This document shows positions 1-13,514 of a stretch of 64,000 bases of DNA, piece by piece (position 1 is the first letter of the stretch; the number at the start of each line of letters is the position of its first letter). The stretch is from assembly GCA_034780895.1 (NCBI GenBank), contig JAUZTB010000127.1, positions 65,083,769-65,147,768 of the forward strand, written 5' to 3'. The position numbers were made by a program, and so were the translations under genes. This DNA comes from Rhynchobatus australiae. Lineage: Eukaryota. The notes under the pieces were generated by a model. The model did not search any database. It was not told the DNA's origin and saw only the letters and a list, made by a program, of their open reading frames with translations.

Positions 1-218
1 ATTTTTCTTCTTGTCCATCCACAAAATCATAGACTTTTCCATGGTATTGGTTAATCTGGTGAATGGTGATAGCAAGAATGGTTGTAACATCCAAAAGGTG
101 TGTGTAGTTCTAATACTGCAGGTTTGACAGAGATTGTGATGTTGAAGATGTAGAAGTAATAATACTGTCAAAAGTTTGAGTGTGGTTCAACATTTATTTG
201 TAAATGAAAATCAAAAAC

Positions 219-310
219 AGCTGCAGATGCTGGAAATCTGAAATGAAAACAAAATACTTAAAAAAACTCAGCGGATCAGGTAGTATCTGTGGAAAGAGAA
301 ACAGAGACTC
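219..310 (-). mobile_element. Penelope-like element terminal repeat fragment
   Basis: CTGCAGATGCTGGAAATCTGAAA...CTCAGCGGATCAGGTAGTATCTGTGGAAAGAGAAACAGAG is the reverse complement of the copies at 39846 and 56640; family assignment from recognition. Confidence 0.6.
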
Positions 311-369
311 TTTCTTGTGAAAGCAAATCTCTGGTTGTGACAGAGGAGCTCAGTATGTTCAAAGCTTAT

Positions 370-960
370 CTATTACACAACCATAGTGGCTACAAAAAGA
401 GCAGGTCAGAGGCTGGGTTTACCACAATGATTAACTCACCAGATCACAGGCTTCTTACTATCTGCACAGCACAAACTAGATGTGTGATGGAATAATCCCA
501 CTTTGCCTGGATCAGCACTGCTCCAGCAACTTCCAAGAAGCACAACACTATATCCAGGACAAAGCAGCCCCCTTAACTGGCAATCCATTAACTACCCTAA
601 ACATTTAATGCCTTAATCTCTGGCACATAGTGGCTGCAGAATCTACAAAATGCACTCTGGTTACTCACCCAGACTAATCTGATATTTCCTCCCAAACCTG
701 TGACTGCTAACACCAAGAAGGACAAGGGCAGCAGGCACATGGAAACAGCACCACCTACAGGTTCCCCTCCAAGCCACTCATCCTACTGACCTGGAAATAT
801 ATCATGGTGCTTCATCGGCATTGGGTATAAATCCTGAAACTCCTTCCCACCAACACTCTAAGTGCGCCTTCACCGGAAGAACTGCAGCAATTCAAGATGG
901 TGGCTCACCACCACCTTCTCAATGGCATAGAGGTGAGCAATAAATTCTGGCCAGCAACAA
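370..960 (+). mobile_element. CR1/L2-group LINE 3' fragment, degenerate
   Basis: Colinear with the better-preserved copy at 61175-62000 (GCAGGTCAGAG, GTGTGATGG, GGACAAGGGCA, TTCAAGA, ACCTTCTCAA). Confidence 0.8.
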
Positions 961-977
961 AAGTATGTGAGTAGTCA

Positions 978-1480
978 TAATCCCACAGCACAGAAACAGG
1001 CCCTTTAGCCTATCCTGAACATGCTGATCAATATGAATTGATACTTATACCAATCCTATTTACCTGCACTTGATCCATAGCCTTCTACGCCTTGCCCATT
1101 CAACTGCCTGTCCAGATGCTTCTTAACTGTTGAGAGAGTCTCCACCTCCACCACCCTCTCAGGCAGTTCATTCCAAACTCCAATTACCCTCTGGGTGAAA
1201 AAAAATCTTCCTTTTACTTCCTCTGAACCTCTTGCTCACCTTAAACCTAAGCCCTCTGGTTATAGATACCTCTGCTAGGTAGGTATGCTTACAATAGTCT
1301 ACCCTATCTATACCCCCAATAAGTTTGTACACTCTAACAGGTTCCCCCCTCAGCCTTCTCTACTCCAAGGAAAACAAACTCAATCTCTCATCATAGCTGA
1401 AACATTCCATCCCAAGCAAACATCCTGGTGAATCTCCTCTGTACTCTCTCCAGAGCAATCAGTTCCTTTCTGCACTGAGG
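978..1480 (-). mobile_element. CR1 LINE 3' end
   Basis: ACAGCACAGAAACAGGCCCTT...ACCCTCTGGG...CTGGTGAATCTCCT, shared with the copy at 49797; typical reverse-oriented CR1 3' end. Confidence 0.85.
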
Positions 1481-2521
1481 TAGGAGGCTGTAATATTCAA
1501 AACAATATTGCAATCATACATTGTTTTGACCAATAAGAGCCAACCACTCCCTTTTTTTTAGCATGTATCCTTTTCATCCAACTAATAATTCAGCAAGTAA
1601 CTGACATGCTTTGATAACTGTATCATCAGCTATTCTGTTCTGTGAAGATTCTGTTCAGTTTGACTCTTCTATCAACTCCCTTCTGCAATAAATCCAGCAA
1701 CTTCCAAACTGTTTCCCCAGTTACAATCAATCATTTAAATTTTCATCATTGACACTTGGATTCAATAATCACTTACAACTCATTTAACTGATCAAATCTC
1801 ACAGTATGCCTTTCTTTTCTCCAAAGGCAATTTGTTTCCTCACCTGAGGTGAAGAGTTTGGAAAAGTGAAAGTTTCAGTCAATTTCACATATAAAATTGA
1901 AATAAGACTTATGTTATCATTGAAGCTGAATTTACATTCCTCTTATACACTGTGATTGGATTTAAAGAGATAATCATTAAGCCAAATTTAGAAAAAATAA
2001 AAATAGCACGTTTTTATAGGGTCAGCTGGCAAACTATACAGTGTGTTACTTTTGATGGGATACTCCATGTGATAATGCCATCTGGAAGCCAACTGATATT
2101 TTGAGAAAGAAAATGAAGGGGTTTGCTGATACAGCCACATACCTGGGTCAGTAATGTACTGGGGGAATTAAAGGCCCCTAGAGTAGATGAAGGAAGAAAA
2201 CAGAGTCACTAATAACAGAAGTATTCAATGGAAAACAATTGAAATTAAATACAACAGATTACTCCAAAGGGACTTACAAGGAAGTTCATAGGGTGGTTTT
2301 AAATTGAAATGGTGGAGTTAAAGAGTTCACAGGATGATAATCTCAAAAATTGATATAAAGATCCGAAAGAAATATACCAGAGAAGGGAAACAACCATTAG
2401 GTACATTAACCATTTAAAGGTTTAGTTGAAACTTCATGGTTCAGTATTACATGCAATGACACAGGGAGCGGCTGCAAAATTTTTTTTTGCTATAGCAAAT
2501 TGTCCTAAATTTTACTGTGTG

Positions 2522-3960
2522 TATTCATCCTCTTAAGTCACCCCTTGGAATTGAAGTTGACTTGATTCCACTCTGAGGTTTCTGAGGTGACTGATGAGGC
2601 CAACATGGGACATGCATATTTTGCCCCAGTTGGGAAGAAGGTTCCTGGGGAGACAGATAGTTCACTTGTGAGTTGATATATTCCATCCACTATTTCTGCT
2701 GGCCCTCTGTGTGCTCCTGATGCATGGACTCAAGGTGCTCAGTGATATCCTGAATGCTCTTCTCCATCCAGAGTGCTTGTAGGCATCAGTGAAAGACACT
2801 GCACATTTTCAAGAAAGGTTTGAAAATATTCTTAAGTCCTTGCCTCTGCCCAACTGTTTCAGGAATCTGGTGTCAGGCATGCAAATAATGTGACCTGACC
2901 AATAAAGCTGACTGAGCTGTTCTAATCCATAGGGCCTTTTTGCTATGGATATTGGTTCACCTATCCTACCAGAGGATTTTGAGGAGACAGAATTAGTATC
3001 ATCACTTCATTGCTTTGAGGTGCCTGCTGTATATAGTCTAGGTCTCAGATGCATATGGGGTGGGGGTGAGTGGGAGACAGGGATCATTACTGCCCAGTGA
3101 TTTTTATGCCTGGTTTGAGGTCTTAATCTTCAAACAGCTTTCTCCTGAGATGGCCAATAGCCACGTTAGTTCAATGAAAGCAATAGAGAAGTTCATTATT
3201 GATGTCTGCATTTACTGAGAGGTGGCTCCTGGGATATGGGAAGTGGTCCATATTTTTGAGGGTCTTGACATGGACCTTTATTAACAGAAGAGAGTGTTGT
3301 ACAGTGGGATAGGTTGGCAGAGGTGATTTGTGTTGCGGAAGTTCTGTCCAAGGCCCATCTCCTTCAGGAAATGAGTCAACAATTACCTGAAGCTCAGCCT
3401 CCAAATGTGAACAAACTCAAATATCATCTACATACTGCAGCCTGATTACTGAGGTTGGGGTGACCTTGGTTCTGGAGTGTAGGCAACATAAGTTGAACTG
3501 TCTCCGATTAGTTGAGTATATTGCTTCCACTCCAGTGGGAAACATGTTGGAGTTGAGATGAAGCATTATTGGCATGAAAGACAGAAAGCAGTGTTGGGGC
3601 AGTTGGGCAAGAATGCAACATTGCCTGACAGCAGTCCACACTGAAATTAGAGCTGTTGTGTGTTTGTTGGTTAGGTTCATGGCTCGCATGCCACCATGAA
3701 GCAAATGTAATATGGAGACACATTTCTGCAGGGAGGTAAATTTCAGAATCCCTGACCAACAGAGTGAGGTCAGTGTTATTTCCTGCTTTTCTTTTAGAGT
3801 TGAAGTGCAATGAAGATTATGTCCATTATGGCTCTGAATAGATAAAATGCACACTGCTATTCCAAGATTCCCAATTTTTCACTGGAAGTAGGTAGTTGAG
3901 GAGGAACTGTGATGACTTTCCCTACAGCAGATAGCAAGGAGACCCCTCTATTGTTACCAC
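2522..3960 (-). mobile_element. RTE-clade LINE, decayed RT and C-terminal region
   Basis: Minus ORF 3417-3854 ends FPTGVEAIYSTNRRQFNLCCLHSRTKVTPTSVIRLQYVDD (RTE 'FNLRRL..KTKV...LQYADD' motif); frameshifts and stops elsewhere. Confidence 0.88.
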
Positions 3961-4224
3961 AGCCATATTAGTCTACATTTTTGGAAATGGTCATTTATGG
4001 TATTTCTGAGATCCCCCTGCATGCGCTCCTCTTCCATTAATGCCAGACAGGCACCAACTTGCAAGGTTTACGTTGCATAATATATTTTACCTTTTGATAA
4101 TACATTACATTTGTACCATACTTTCAATGTTAAACCAAGTCCATCAGAAAGAATTTTTAACAATGATGCTCTGTTTCTTTGCAAATTTGCTCTGATGTGA
4201 CTCTATGCTGCCTACTTTCTTAAT

Positions 4225-4380
4225 ACAACACATGAGATGCTAGAGGAACTCAATGAGTCAGGCAGCATCTATGGAGGAAAATGGACAGTCAATGTTTTGG
4301 GTCTCGACTGAGCCACTGAGTTCCTCCACCATTTTGTGTGTTGCTCCAGATTCCTGTATCTGCAATGTCTTTTGTCTTAT
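4225..4380. mobile_element. Two inverted Penelope-type terminal repeat fragments
   Basis: ACACATGAGATGCTAGAGGAACTCA (4228-4252) is near reverse-complementary to TGAGTTCCTCCACCATTTTGTGTGT (4317-4341); same family as 39846. Confidence 0.65.
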
Positions 4381-7165
4381 TTTCTCAATAGTAGGTTTGT
4401 TGATTCTTTTTCTTCAAGTGAGTTTTCAAGGAGCAAGTATTTCTGATAATCCAGAACACAATGCAATGCCATTTCTGCGGAATATTAATAAAAACATGAA
4501 ATGAAGATAACATGTTTAACATGAGGCCTATACTTGCTATAGTCATACTGTTATTCTGTGTTAGAGGAAGATCTTCTGTACCTGTTGGGGAAAGGATTTA
4601 TCTTTGTAATGCCATACCTTCTGAGAGTGCTCCTGCTGCAAGCAGTCAGTGGTGTTGTCAGCTCCCTGCGGCCACTCTCCCTTCTCTGGGGAAGCAGGGA
4701 ACAACCAGAGCAGCACAGTACTACAGTCGCTGGCTGCTTTTGCTCCATCTCTGGCTGTGTATAGACCAGAAATCCATTTTTGCTGATGATCGGGGAAGGT
4801 TGGTGACTTGAGCCAGAAACTTGAATGTTACAATAGTGTCTTTTAAACAACTGTTTGCTGCTACACAATTTGTCTCAAATCGTAAATCGGATGGATTCCA
4901 GATCTGGTCAGCGCAATGCATTCCAACCATTTCTGGCTAGAAGCAGCTTTCAGTAGTATAAACTCAGCAGAGGAGACACTGGTTCTTTCGGGCTAAGGGA
5001 ATATTATAGCTGCAGTCAGCAGCTCAGCATCTGCTGATCCCATATATACCCAGTCTCATCCTCAGATATTAATAACTACTCTAAAATTGTGCATTAAACT
5101 TGCTGTTGTCCTGCTCCATTGGGCTAATTAGATCTTGCTTTCTCTCTTTAGTTCTTTGTGTTAAGGACCCAGATTACCTGGAATTCTGTGATGGGCTGAC
5201 TGTGGTTACATCTGCCTTATGGACTGATCCCTAATGATATCCATTGGAAGGTAGGAGAAAGGTTCAGTGAATCAGTTGATAATCAAACATCAGGAAAAAG
5301 AAGCAAAAACAAAATCAATATTCTATTAGTTCAGTCTCTGGTTTAGAAGAGGCTGCTTTACTTCATGTTTGAGCATATAACATTGTGTTCAGTCTGACAG
5401 ACCATTCTTGAAGAAAGGTCCATTGAAGTGTATATACTTTTCTCTGCTACCAGCCAATGGGGCCCGGGTAAATTTTGGATTTATTGGTTTCAGTAGCAGG
5501 AGATGCATTTCTTTGTTTCTTTCTTTCTNNNNNNNNNNNNNNNNNNNNNNNNNNNNNNNNNNNNNNNNNNNNNNNNNNNNNNNNNNNNNNNNNNNNNNNN
5601 NNNNNNNNNNNNNNNNNNNNNNNNNNNNTTTCTTTGTTTCTTTCTTAAAACTAAAAATGTTCAGGTACAAGCATGCATTGTGTCCTTTGCTATCCTTTGG
5701 ATCACATAACATGGGTGTTAATTGGTGCTAAAGGTGCAACTGAAGTGGAAGCATATTGGAATGAAACAAATTCCTTCAGAGAGCACCTTGAAGCTTGCGT
5801 TGATGTTTTCTGTATGATTTTATAATATCCTAAAATATAATAACTATTTACATCTTTAATCTCTAGTGGACTGCAGGACTCAGGACTCTTCCAGTTCTGG
5901 ACTCGTTTTTTTTCTAATCAGTTTTAAATGGAAGCTGAGTGCCAACTTTATTTGTTAATTTTCTTTCCCCCTTCTTACCATACATTTCCTCAAGGTGTCA
6001 TGTATAATTCCACAAGGATCAGTTGTTGTCCAGCATTCTACTGACGTGACAATTTTGATGATGCACTTTGGCCATGAGTGCTGACAGACTATTCAATGCA
6101 GCCAGAAAGGATCAGAACTGAGCTCAATCCTCAGCTCATCCGAATCCACATTCGAAAACTTTTCAATTCAATCTCATGAATAGTGGTCCACCACTGCTTA
6201 ATTTGCCCCTGTCCTGCCCTGTTTGGATGGGTGGTGGTGGGTGGGGACTAATGAGTGCGGGCAAAGGGCTGTGGTAATGCTGTTCCTGAAACCAGTTATA
6301 GCATTCAGCTATTGTCAATTAACTTAATAGAGATGGGATTTTCTGGCCTGTATAGCACTGTTATCAAAGCATAGAGTTAATTTATTAGAGAGCTTTAATT
6401 CAACTCAACTAAATAGCATTATAAATTTATAATAAAGATGATTTTGGTTTTGTTTTACTCCCCTCTTACAAAAGGGACAGTCTGCAATCCTTCCTGGCTA
6501 GTGAAAGTAGAGCAGTCTGGAAAACATCCTTTTCCTTTCCTTGTTGATTAGAAAAGTCAATCTGCCAAATCCAAGACAATGAGGATTTACTTACTGATAA
6601 GTACAAGGCACTGACTAAATGGATTTAAGGGACATCATAAACACCAGATATGACAATCAAATGGTGAAAGTGAAACCTCACTGTGATGATATGTTATAAT
6701 TAGAAAAGAGAGCAAGGGAAATACAAAGAGACAGATATATAGGAAGACACAGTTCTTTTACCATCTTTTGCCCTTAGGGAGTATGTAAGGAGTTGATGTT
6801 GGATGATTTGGTGCAACAATCATTGAATGCCATACAAACCAGATGGGAAAGTGAATTTTGAGGAGGACATACAGATTCTGTCACAATGTTGAGCAAAGAG
6901 CAAGCTCGCAGAGAACCCAAATGCAACACACCGATACAAGACTGGAGTCAGGATACTTCCTCAGGACAAACACAGGCANNNNNNNNNNNNNNNNNNNNNN
7001 NNNNNNNNNNNNNNNNNNNNNNNNNNNNNNNNNNNNNNNNNNNNNNNNNNNNNNNNNNNNNNNNNNNNNNNNNNNNNNNNNNNNNNNNNNNNNNNNNNNN
7101 NNNNNNNNNNNNNNNNNNNNNNNNNNNNNNNNNNNNNNNNNNNNNNNNNNNNNNNNNNNNNNNNN

Positions 7166-7650
7166 ACAAGCATATATCGACCTTAGATTCAGTGCAGCAT
7201 AGATTCACTAGACTGCTTTTGTGGATGAGGTGTTGTCTTGTGAGGGAAAAGATAGATTTGCCTAAACCCTCTGGAGTTTAGAGTAATAATAGATGACCTC
7301 TTGAGGCTTACAGCGTTCTGAGATGGATTGACAATGGATGCTGAGAGATTGTTTCTCCTTGGTAGAAAGTCCAGAATTGAATGAGTTAACCATTTAGAAC
7401 TGGAATGAGAAGAAACTTCATTATTCAGAGAATTGCAAATGTGTAAAATGCTCCATTTCAGAGATCTACAGATGCTCAATCATTACAACCAAGGTTGATT
7501 GATGGATTTTTCAACCAAGTGAATTAGAGGATCGGGAGGTCAAGCAGGAAGGTAGACTTGAGGCATTTGATCAGCCATGGTCTTACTGAAGGATGCAGCA
7601 GGCTTGAGGGGACATAGGCCTACTCCTGCCTCTATTTCCCATATTTTTGA
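7166..7650 (+). mobile_element. CR1 LINE 3' end
   Basis: SVQHRFTRLL-like frame, then the CR1 3' UTR (GATCAGCCATGGTCTTACTGAA...GCAGGCTTGAGGGG...GGCCTACTCCTGC). Confidence 0.8.
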
Positions 7651-9619
7651 ATTAGAGTACAGGGATAAAATCACAGGCAGTTGCAGTTAATCACTAGTAT
7701 CATACTTTTAATTAAAATATGTCTTGAATGTATCTGTCAAACTACCTAATACTGAAAAAAATCTGCTGTTTTTTACTGCCTCCAAAAGTCTCTGGTTACA
7801 AAGGAATCCTTCATCTCCCAGTTCACAGAAATGCTTTGCTACCTCCAGCAAACCACCCCCCCCCCACCCTCCCTGCCCCCACCCGCCACCTTCCATTTAC
7901 AAAGACATGCTTGATTGCTCGTTCACTGAGGAACTCTACCTCCTAGAACACTTCACACTCGCCCCACTCCCCCTTTGACAGAAGTACTCTACACCTGGCA
8001 AATCTCTTTTTCACAAAAACTGTCTGACCTCTTTCTAAATCACTCAATTCACAGAAGCAACTCCATTCTGCAGCCTACCAATTTTCAAAGGTATTCAACA
8101 TGCTTCACCCATTCACTCCTTTACAGACTATTTCTCGCTCAGACTTTCATCCAATATCACAGAGGTAATCCCTTTCGTTACCTTTTCATTCTTGTTTGAA
8201 GCTTCAGCTCTTACCTTGCCTTCGCTTCATTTCAGGGGGAGATCTTGAGAAGCAATCCTTGAGCTATCATATACAAAAGTCCTAGTTACAGCATAGAAAT
8301 CACTGTAACACTGCGGTGGGACTGTGAAGATTATCAAGCAATATCAACAATCTCCCTGCCAAAGTGCATAGACAATAGGTTGTGCGCATCTGGTGATAAC
8401 CCTGTTAATCTGCATATTTTTCTTATAAAGAGCAATTTAACTTATTTCAAAAATCCCTATTTACGAGCATCAAATTTATATTAAAAAAATCACTGTGGAA
8501 TGTGAACATTCCTGGCAAAGGTGGCATTTAGGTATTTGTTTTCCACATAGTCGACTACACATGTTACTGCCAAGTGATTTGTTATCCCCTTCAGTGGGCA
8601 GTTAAGAGTTGTTAATGGTTTTGCACGTAGACTGGGGAAAACAATAGGCCATTAGTAAAGGTGAGTCAGTTTTAGAGTGCTGAGGTCATTTATTATTGAT
8701 ACCAAATATCAAATGTTTATTTTCAAATTTTTTGAAAATTATTTGAATTCAAATCCTCAAATTATCATGATGCAATTGGATCTTCTGGATTTGAAAAGAC
8801 CACTGTTAATCACAGGCAGTAGAATAATACATACTTGCATTATAGGCAGATCCTTATAAAAGTGCTTCCACAAGCAAGGTAGCAGGAGAGGTGATGGTGG
8901 TCTAACAGTATTTAAGAAATAGCTTCATCCAATTAATCTGGTTTAGTTAGCTGACAAATCTGATGTTGACAATGACAAAGGAAGCTATGCAATAAGCGCA
9001 GGTCATTGAATTTTTCCCTACCTAAAATGAGATGACTTGCCACCTCAGTCCAAGGACCAAGTTATAGGAGTTTAATGGTACACTTTGTAATAGAAAATCC
9101 TGGCATACACAACATATTTGTTTTAAAAAAAGTCCATTTTGAAAGCCCATTGGAATAAAATGCAACAGGATCACTGTCAGTGCTGGAAACTGTGGTGTAA
9201 TTTAGNNNNNNNNNNNNNNNNNNNNNNNNNNNNNNNNNNNNNNNNNNNNNNNNNNNNNNNNNNNNNNNNNNNNNNNNNNNNNNNNNNNNNNNNNNNNNNN
9301 NNNNNNNNNNNNNNNNNNNNNNNNNNNNNNNNNNNNNNNNNNNNNNNNNNNNNNNNNNNNNNNNNNNNNNNNNNNNNNNNNNNNNNNNNNNNNNNNNNNN
9401 NNNNNNNNNNNNNNNNNNNNNNNNNNNNNNNNNNNNNNNNNNNNNNNNNNNNNNNNNNNNNNNNNNNNNNNNNNNNNNNNNNNNNNNNNNNNNNNNNNNN
9501 NNNNNNNNNNNNNNNNNNNNNNNNNNNNNNNNNNNNNNNNNNNNNNNNNNNNNNNNNNNNNNNNNNNNNNNNNNNNCTATAAGTATAATCTGCTTGGTTT
9601 GAGAGAGTGACAGACGCAC

Positions 9620-9726
9620 CTGGACGAGTCTGCCAAGTCTCCGGGTTGTGTGGGAACCTGTCGTTTGCAGCTCGTTTTAAGGAAGTTGAAACGCTGTTTG
9701 CAAAACCCCAATGTGTAACGTGAGGT
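9620..9726 (-). ncRNA. Candidate 107-nt internal exon of a divergent/antisense transcript
   Basis: Minus-strand acceptor TTTATTTTACCTACCTTGCCTATTTAG| (AG at 9728-9727) and donor CAG|GTGCGT (GT at 9619-9618); no recognisable protein. Confidence 0.35.
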
Positions 9727-11084
9727 CTAAATAGGCAAGGTAGGTAAAATAAACTTTCTAATGCGAATAGCCTCAGACATGGTACATTTTTTAACATTCA
9801 GTTACAAAAATGAAGCTAAAAACGTGAAACAATGGCAACTGCGTTTAGCAATATAATTATCGTGCATACTGATTTAGCTTTAAGTTGCATTTTACACTGT
9901 TTATTCCATGTCATTTAATATTTAGTGATAAAGCATTTATAAAGTTCGAGTGTTTTATGGTGTTTTGAGCCAAACAGCAACAGCGCCTTTAAATCGGCAG
10001 TTTCATTGGTTTGTTGGCAATAAGGAATACATAATCCACGTTCAGGAAAATAAATCATACAAACTAGTTAACTAAACAATTTATACAAAACTGTGTAAAG
10101 GCAAGTTGAAGAGATGGTTGTTCAAAGCACGTGACAAGGAGTCTCTTTGGAGGCAAGATTTTGCTCTTTTGTGGTTTTCAGTCACAAGGTCATAGATGAG
10201 AGCTTACTGTGCCGTATGAATGCTGAAGGGAATCCAGCTCATGCCAAATCCTGTATGTTTTCGACAAGCGGTTCAAAGGCTTTGTTTACCCCGTGACCTC
10301 CCACAAAGTGAAAGACCGAACCGGAGTCCCTCCTCTGTGCCCTGATGTCATATGTTGGGAGATGATTCAGAAGAATGGCCAGGAGCAAACCGGGATTGTG
10401 AATGGCTTCTTACGCCATTCAGTTATCTGCCGCGCTATATCAAATTTTATTGATGTTTCTGGTGTACCCCTCTGCTTGTAATCTGGATAAACACCTGTTA
10501 CAGGTTTCTGTAAATCATACACAGCTTCCGTGCGAGACTTGTCCTTTAGCAGCCGCAAGCCTCCCAACAATACAGCTTTGGAGTTTAATTCTTATCTTAA
10601 ACAAACAAAATCGGAGAAAACGAACACAAAGAGAAAGCGCCAGGGTTTCCGCCGAACAGGTGCCCAGGTTAAAATGCCACTCAAACTGTGCGAACAGGTG
10701 GCAATGGCTCCCTCTGTGACAGGGAATCTGTCTTCAGTCCTCTCACCCCCTTTCTCCCTGAGATTACCTCGGTGGTTTTAAAAGCATCGGTAATGGCTTT
10801 CAGTGGATCGAAAATATGAATCAATATTTTAAGAAATGCTCGTCTCCTGCCCAAGTATACCGTATAAACAGCACGTACGTTCTACCCCTGCCATCAGCGT
10901 GCCTTTTTGTTTTGCAGAAAGATCATATGAATCTCCGCGGGAGAACATGTTAATCTTCGGGGTGTTTCCCGAGTGGAGACTCGCAGTGCACGAAGCATGT
11001 GGGGTGGGTTTAAAAACTTCGTCTCGCAATTTAAAGACTGCGAGGAGTGTACTTGCTCTGTCAGTGACGATTATTTAACAAGCT

Positions 11085-11230
11085 TGCTTTAAATAGTTTT
11101 TTCAGCTTCACCAATGGCCCACGACCGGATGCGGAGAAGCCTTTGGGACGGCAAATGGCCTATTCAGTTTCACGTGGATGACGCCATTTAGCCATTAGCT
11201 ATAACCGGACAAATCACTGCATGCTGAAGA
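11085..11230 (+). promoter_or_regulatory. Sprouty proximal promoter
   Basis: CCAAT 11111, ETS ACCGGATG 11124-11131, E-box CACGTG 11171, CRE half-site TGACG 11179, TATAA 11200; CpG-rich; directly upstream of a strong donor. Sprouty genes are known ERK/ETS-responsive genes. Confidence 0.65.
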
Positions 11231-11502
11231 GAGTGTGGAGTCGGGACGGGGTTGTTTGTTCGAGGCAAAAAAAAAATCATCGTCTATTTGTGTGAGGTGC
11301 ATCTGAGTCACTCGCAGAGCTGCTGCGGCATCGGGGAGGGGTATGGTTCGACGATAGACTCTGACAGCCCAGGACACAGCGCCCTTCACTCCAGGAGCTT
11401 GTCATTGATCGGACACTAGCTGCACTTGAAGCACAGCAGACAAGGTTACTGCCACAGTTCACCCGGCAGCATCGCAAAGGAACAACCGACATCTTTGGCG
11501 AG
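11230..11502 (+). other. SPRY3: Probable non-coding exon 1 of Sprouty (start approximate)
   Basis: Starts ~30 nt after TATAA, contains AP-1 TGAGTCA (11304), ends at donor GAG|GTGAGG (GT 11503). Fits the usual Sprouty layout of UTR exon plus single coding exon. Confidence 0.6.
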
Positions 11503-12333
11503 GTGAGGGACCTGCACGCCGGTTTACAATGTAACCTGGTTAGCTTATGTGCACATGTGTGTGTATGCGTTATATATTCTGTTATATATATTCTCTGTAC
11601 ACTTAATGTGCCAGACTTGAGCTGGTTATCTGCACAAGGTTAACACACGTTTCAAACAAATGCCAAGATCTTTCCGATCATTGATCACTTATCCCTCAAC
11701 ACAGGGGACTGCATTAAACTAGACCCGGCCTCAACTGGTGTGAAGGGAGGGGGAGGAGATAATATTTAATATCGATCAAAACCTGAGAGCAGACTCATTT
11801 TAATGTAATTCTACTTGAGAAGCGGATCCAGCCCTATCCATTAAAGAGCCGAAAGCCAGTCTGTAAAGTTCACTGCCTCTGGCTATTGAAAACCGACCGG
11901 GACAGTCTCCACCTGAATTTTATGGTAAATGCTTAACCCTTTAACCGGGGGAAGAACATTGTTTTTCTTAAACATACTTATTCGATATCTACTCTTTATA
12001 CATTTGTTTTCATTTCAGTGTCTACAATTTCATTTGGATTTTACTTTCTAGCTGCCTGTATCCTTAGTTTAAACGANNNNNNNNNNNNNNNNNNNNNNNN
12101 NNNNNNNNNNNNNNNNNNNNNNNNNNNNNNNNNNNNNNNNNCCCGAAGCGGTGGAGGTGAAGGTTGGCGGAGGTCTCACACATGTGGGCCCTGTACCGAC
12201 GAGAACGGGTGGTTCTGCATGTGTTTACAACGGAACCTGGGCAGTGCGTAGCGCTGTCTAATGGCCCCGTCCAGTATTTGACTTTTCCCCATGTAGTATC
12301 CATTTCATGCCAGCTTGCTGTATCGGATTCGGC

Positions 12334-12344
12334 ACATCCGGAAT
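12334..12344. promoter_or_regulatory. Overlapping inverted ETS sites in intron 1
   Basis: ACATCCGGAAT gives CCGGATGT on minus and CCGGAAT on plus. Confidence 0.4.
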
Positions 12345-13514
12345 TGCAAAAACCCTGCCATTCAGTTGCAGTTGGATGAGCATGGCGCTCCGCCGGTCCC
12401 ACTCCTCGCTCTTCATCTCCGCTTCAGTACCGTCCTGACTAACCCTGGAGCCAGCGATCTCCTGTACCCAGAACAGTGGATATGCTGAGACCTTTCAACA
12501 CTTTTAATACAGCCGCACCGCAGAAAGTGACGACTATTTCGAGGAAGTGGACAAACTCAGTCAGGGTGGGAAAAGAGTGTAGATTTGAATCTGGTTTTAT
12601 AATCCGCACCGCTGCACAATGTCACGATTTTTGAATTGGCAACAGATGGTTTGCATTCAGCTGTGCGTTGTCGGGCTGTGACACGTGTCGGCTTTGAAAT
12701 ACCATTAGTTTAGATTGCGGTGCATTTTTTTTAGTTAGCTCTGAGTATGTGAATGGGGAACGGGTAGGTAGGTAGGTCNNNNNNNNNNNNNNNNNNNNNN
12801 NNNNNNNNNNNNNNNNNNNNNNNNNNNNNNNNNNNNNNNNNNNNNNNNNNNNNNNNNNNNNNNNNNNNNNNNNNNNNNTGAAGGCGGGATGTGCGAGGTG
12901 CCACTCTGCCGATGAGCAGCCGCGTTTCTTCGGCGTTTAACCTGCTCCAGCAGTGACTAGGGGAAAAGTAATGGGGAATCCAATGTCGGAGAGTCTGCCG
13001 TGTGTGAACTGAGAGGCGAAGTCTGATGCCTTTTATTTGTACAACTGAATGTGCAAATAAAACTGGTTGCTACCTTGGAAGGAGCGGAGGCACTCTTTGC
13101 TCCTGTAGTGTAGAAAGAGAGATGTTTTAGCACTCAGACTGTGTTGCACGCCACTGTAGTGCAAGCCTCTCGGGCATCGTAGACTTCTCTGTCCACCCCT
13201 TTATCGTATAGCCCAGTCTACAGTAAGAATGGGCATGAAGTCCGACCACGGTGAATACCGTGTTGGATACCCGTCATCTCTTGCACCGAGTTGAATCTCC
13301 TGTTTGTTTTTAACATTTTGTTCCCCTTCTTCCAACTGTAAGGACTTTAAGGCTGGTTATTGACCCTCTACATGGAGGTTGGGGTGGGTGGGGGAGAAGT
13401 GTTTTTTTTTCTCTCCTATTTCTAGGCAACTGGATGGGGATGGTGGGAAAGAGTCCCCCAGCGCCAGGACATGAAGGCGGAGGGAGGGTCCGCTGCAATG
13501 GGTGAGTGCTACCT

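Noticed and set aside
4512-4930. Four overlapping ORFs (68-105 aa) in unique sequence
   Set aside because: No recognisable domain, codon bias or convincing splice pair.
5389-9797. Long ORFs at 5389-5731, 6858-7281 and 9062-9797 (and similar ones at 29048, 36210, 59602)
   Set aside because: Artefacts of reading through N runs.
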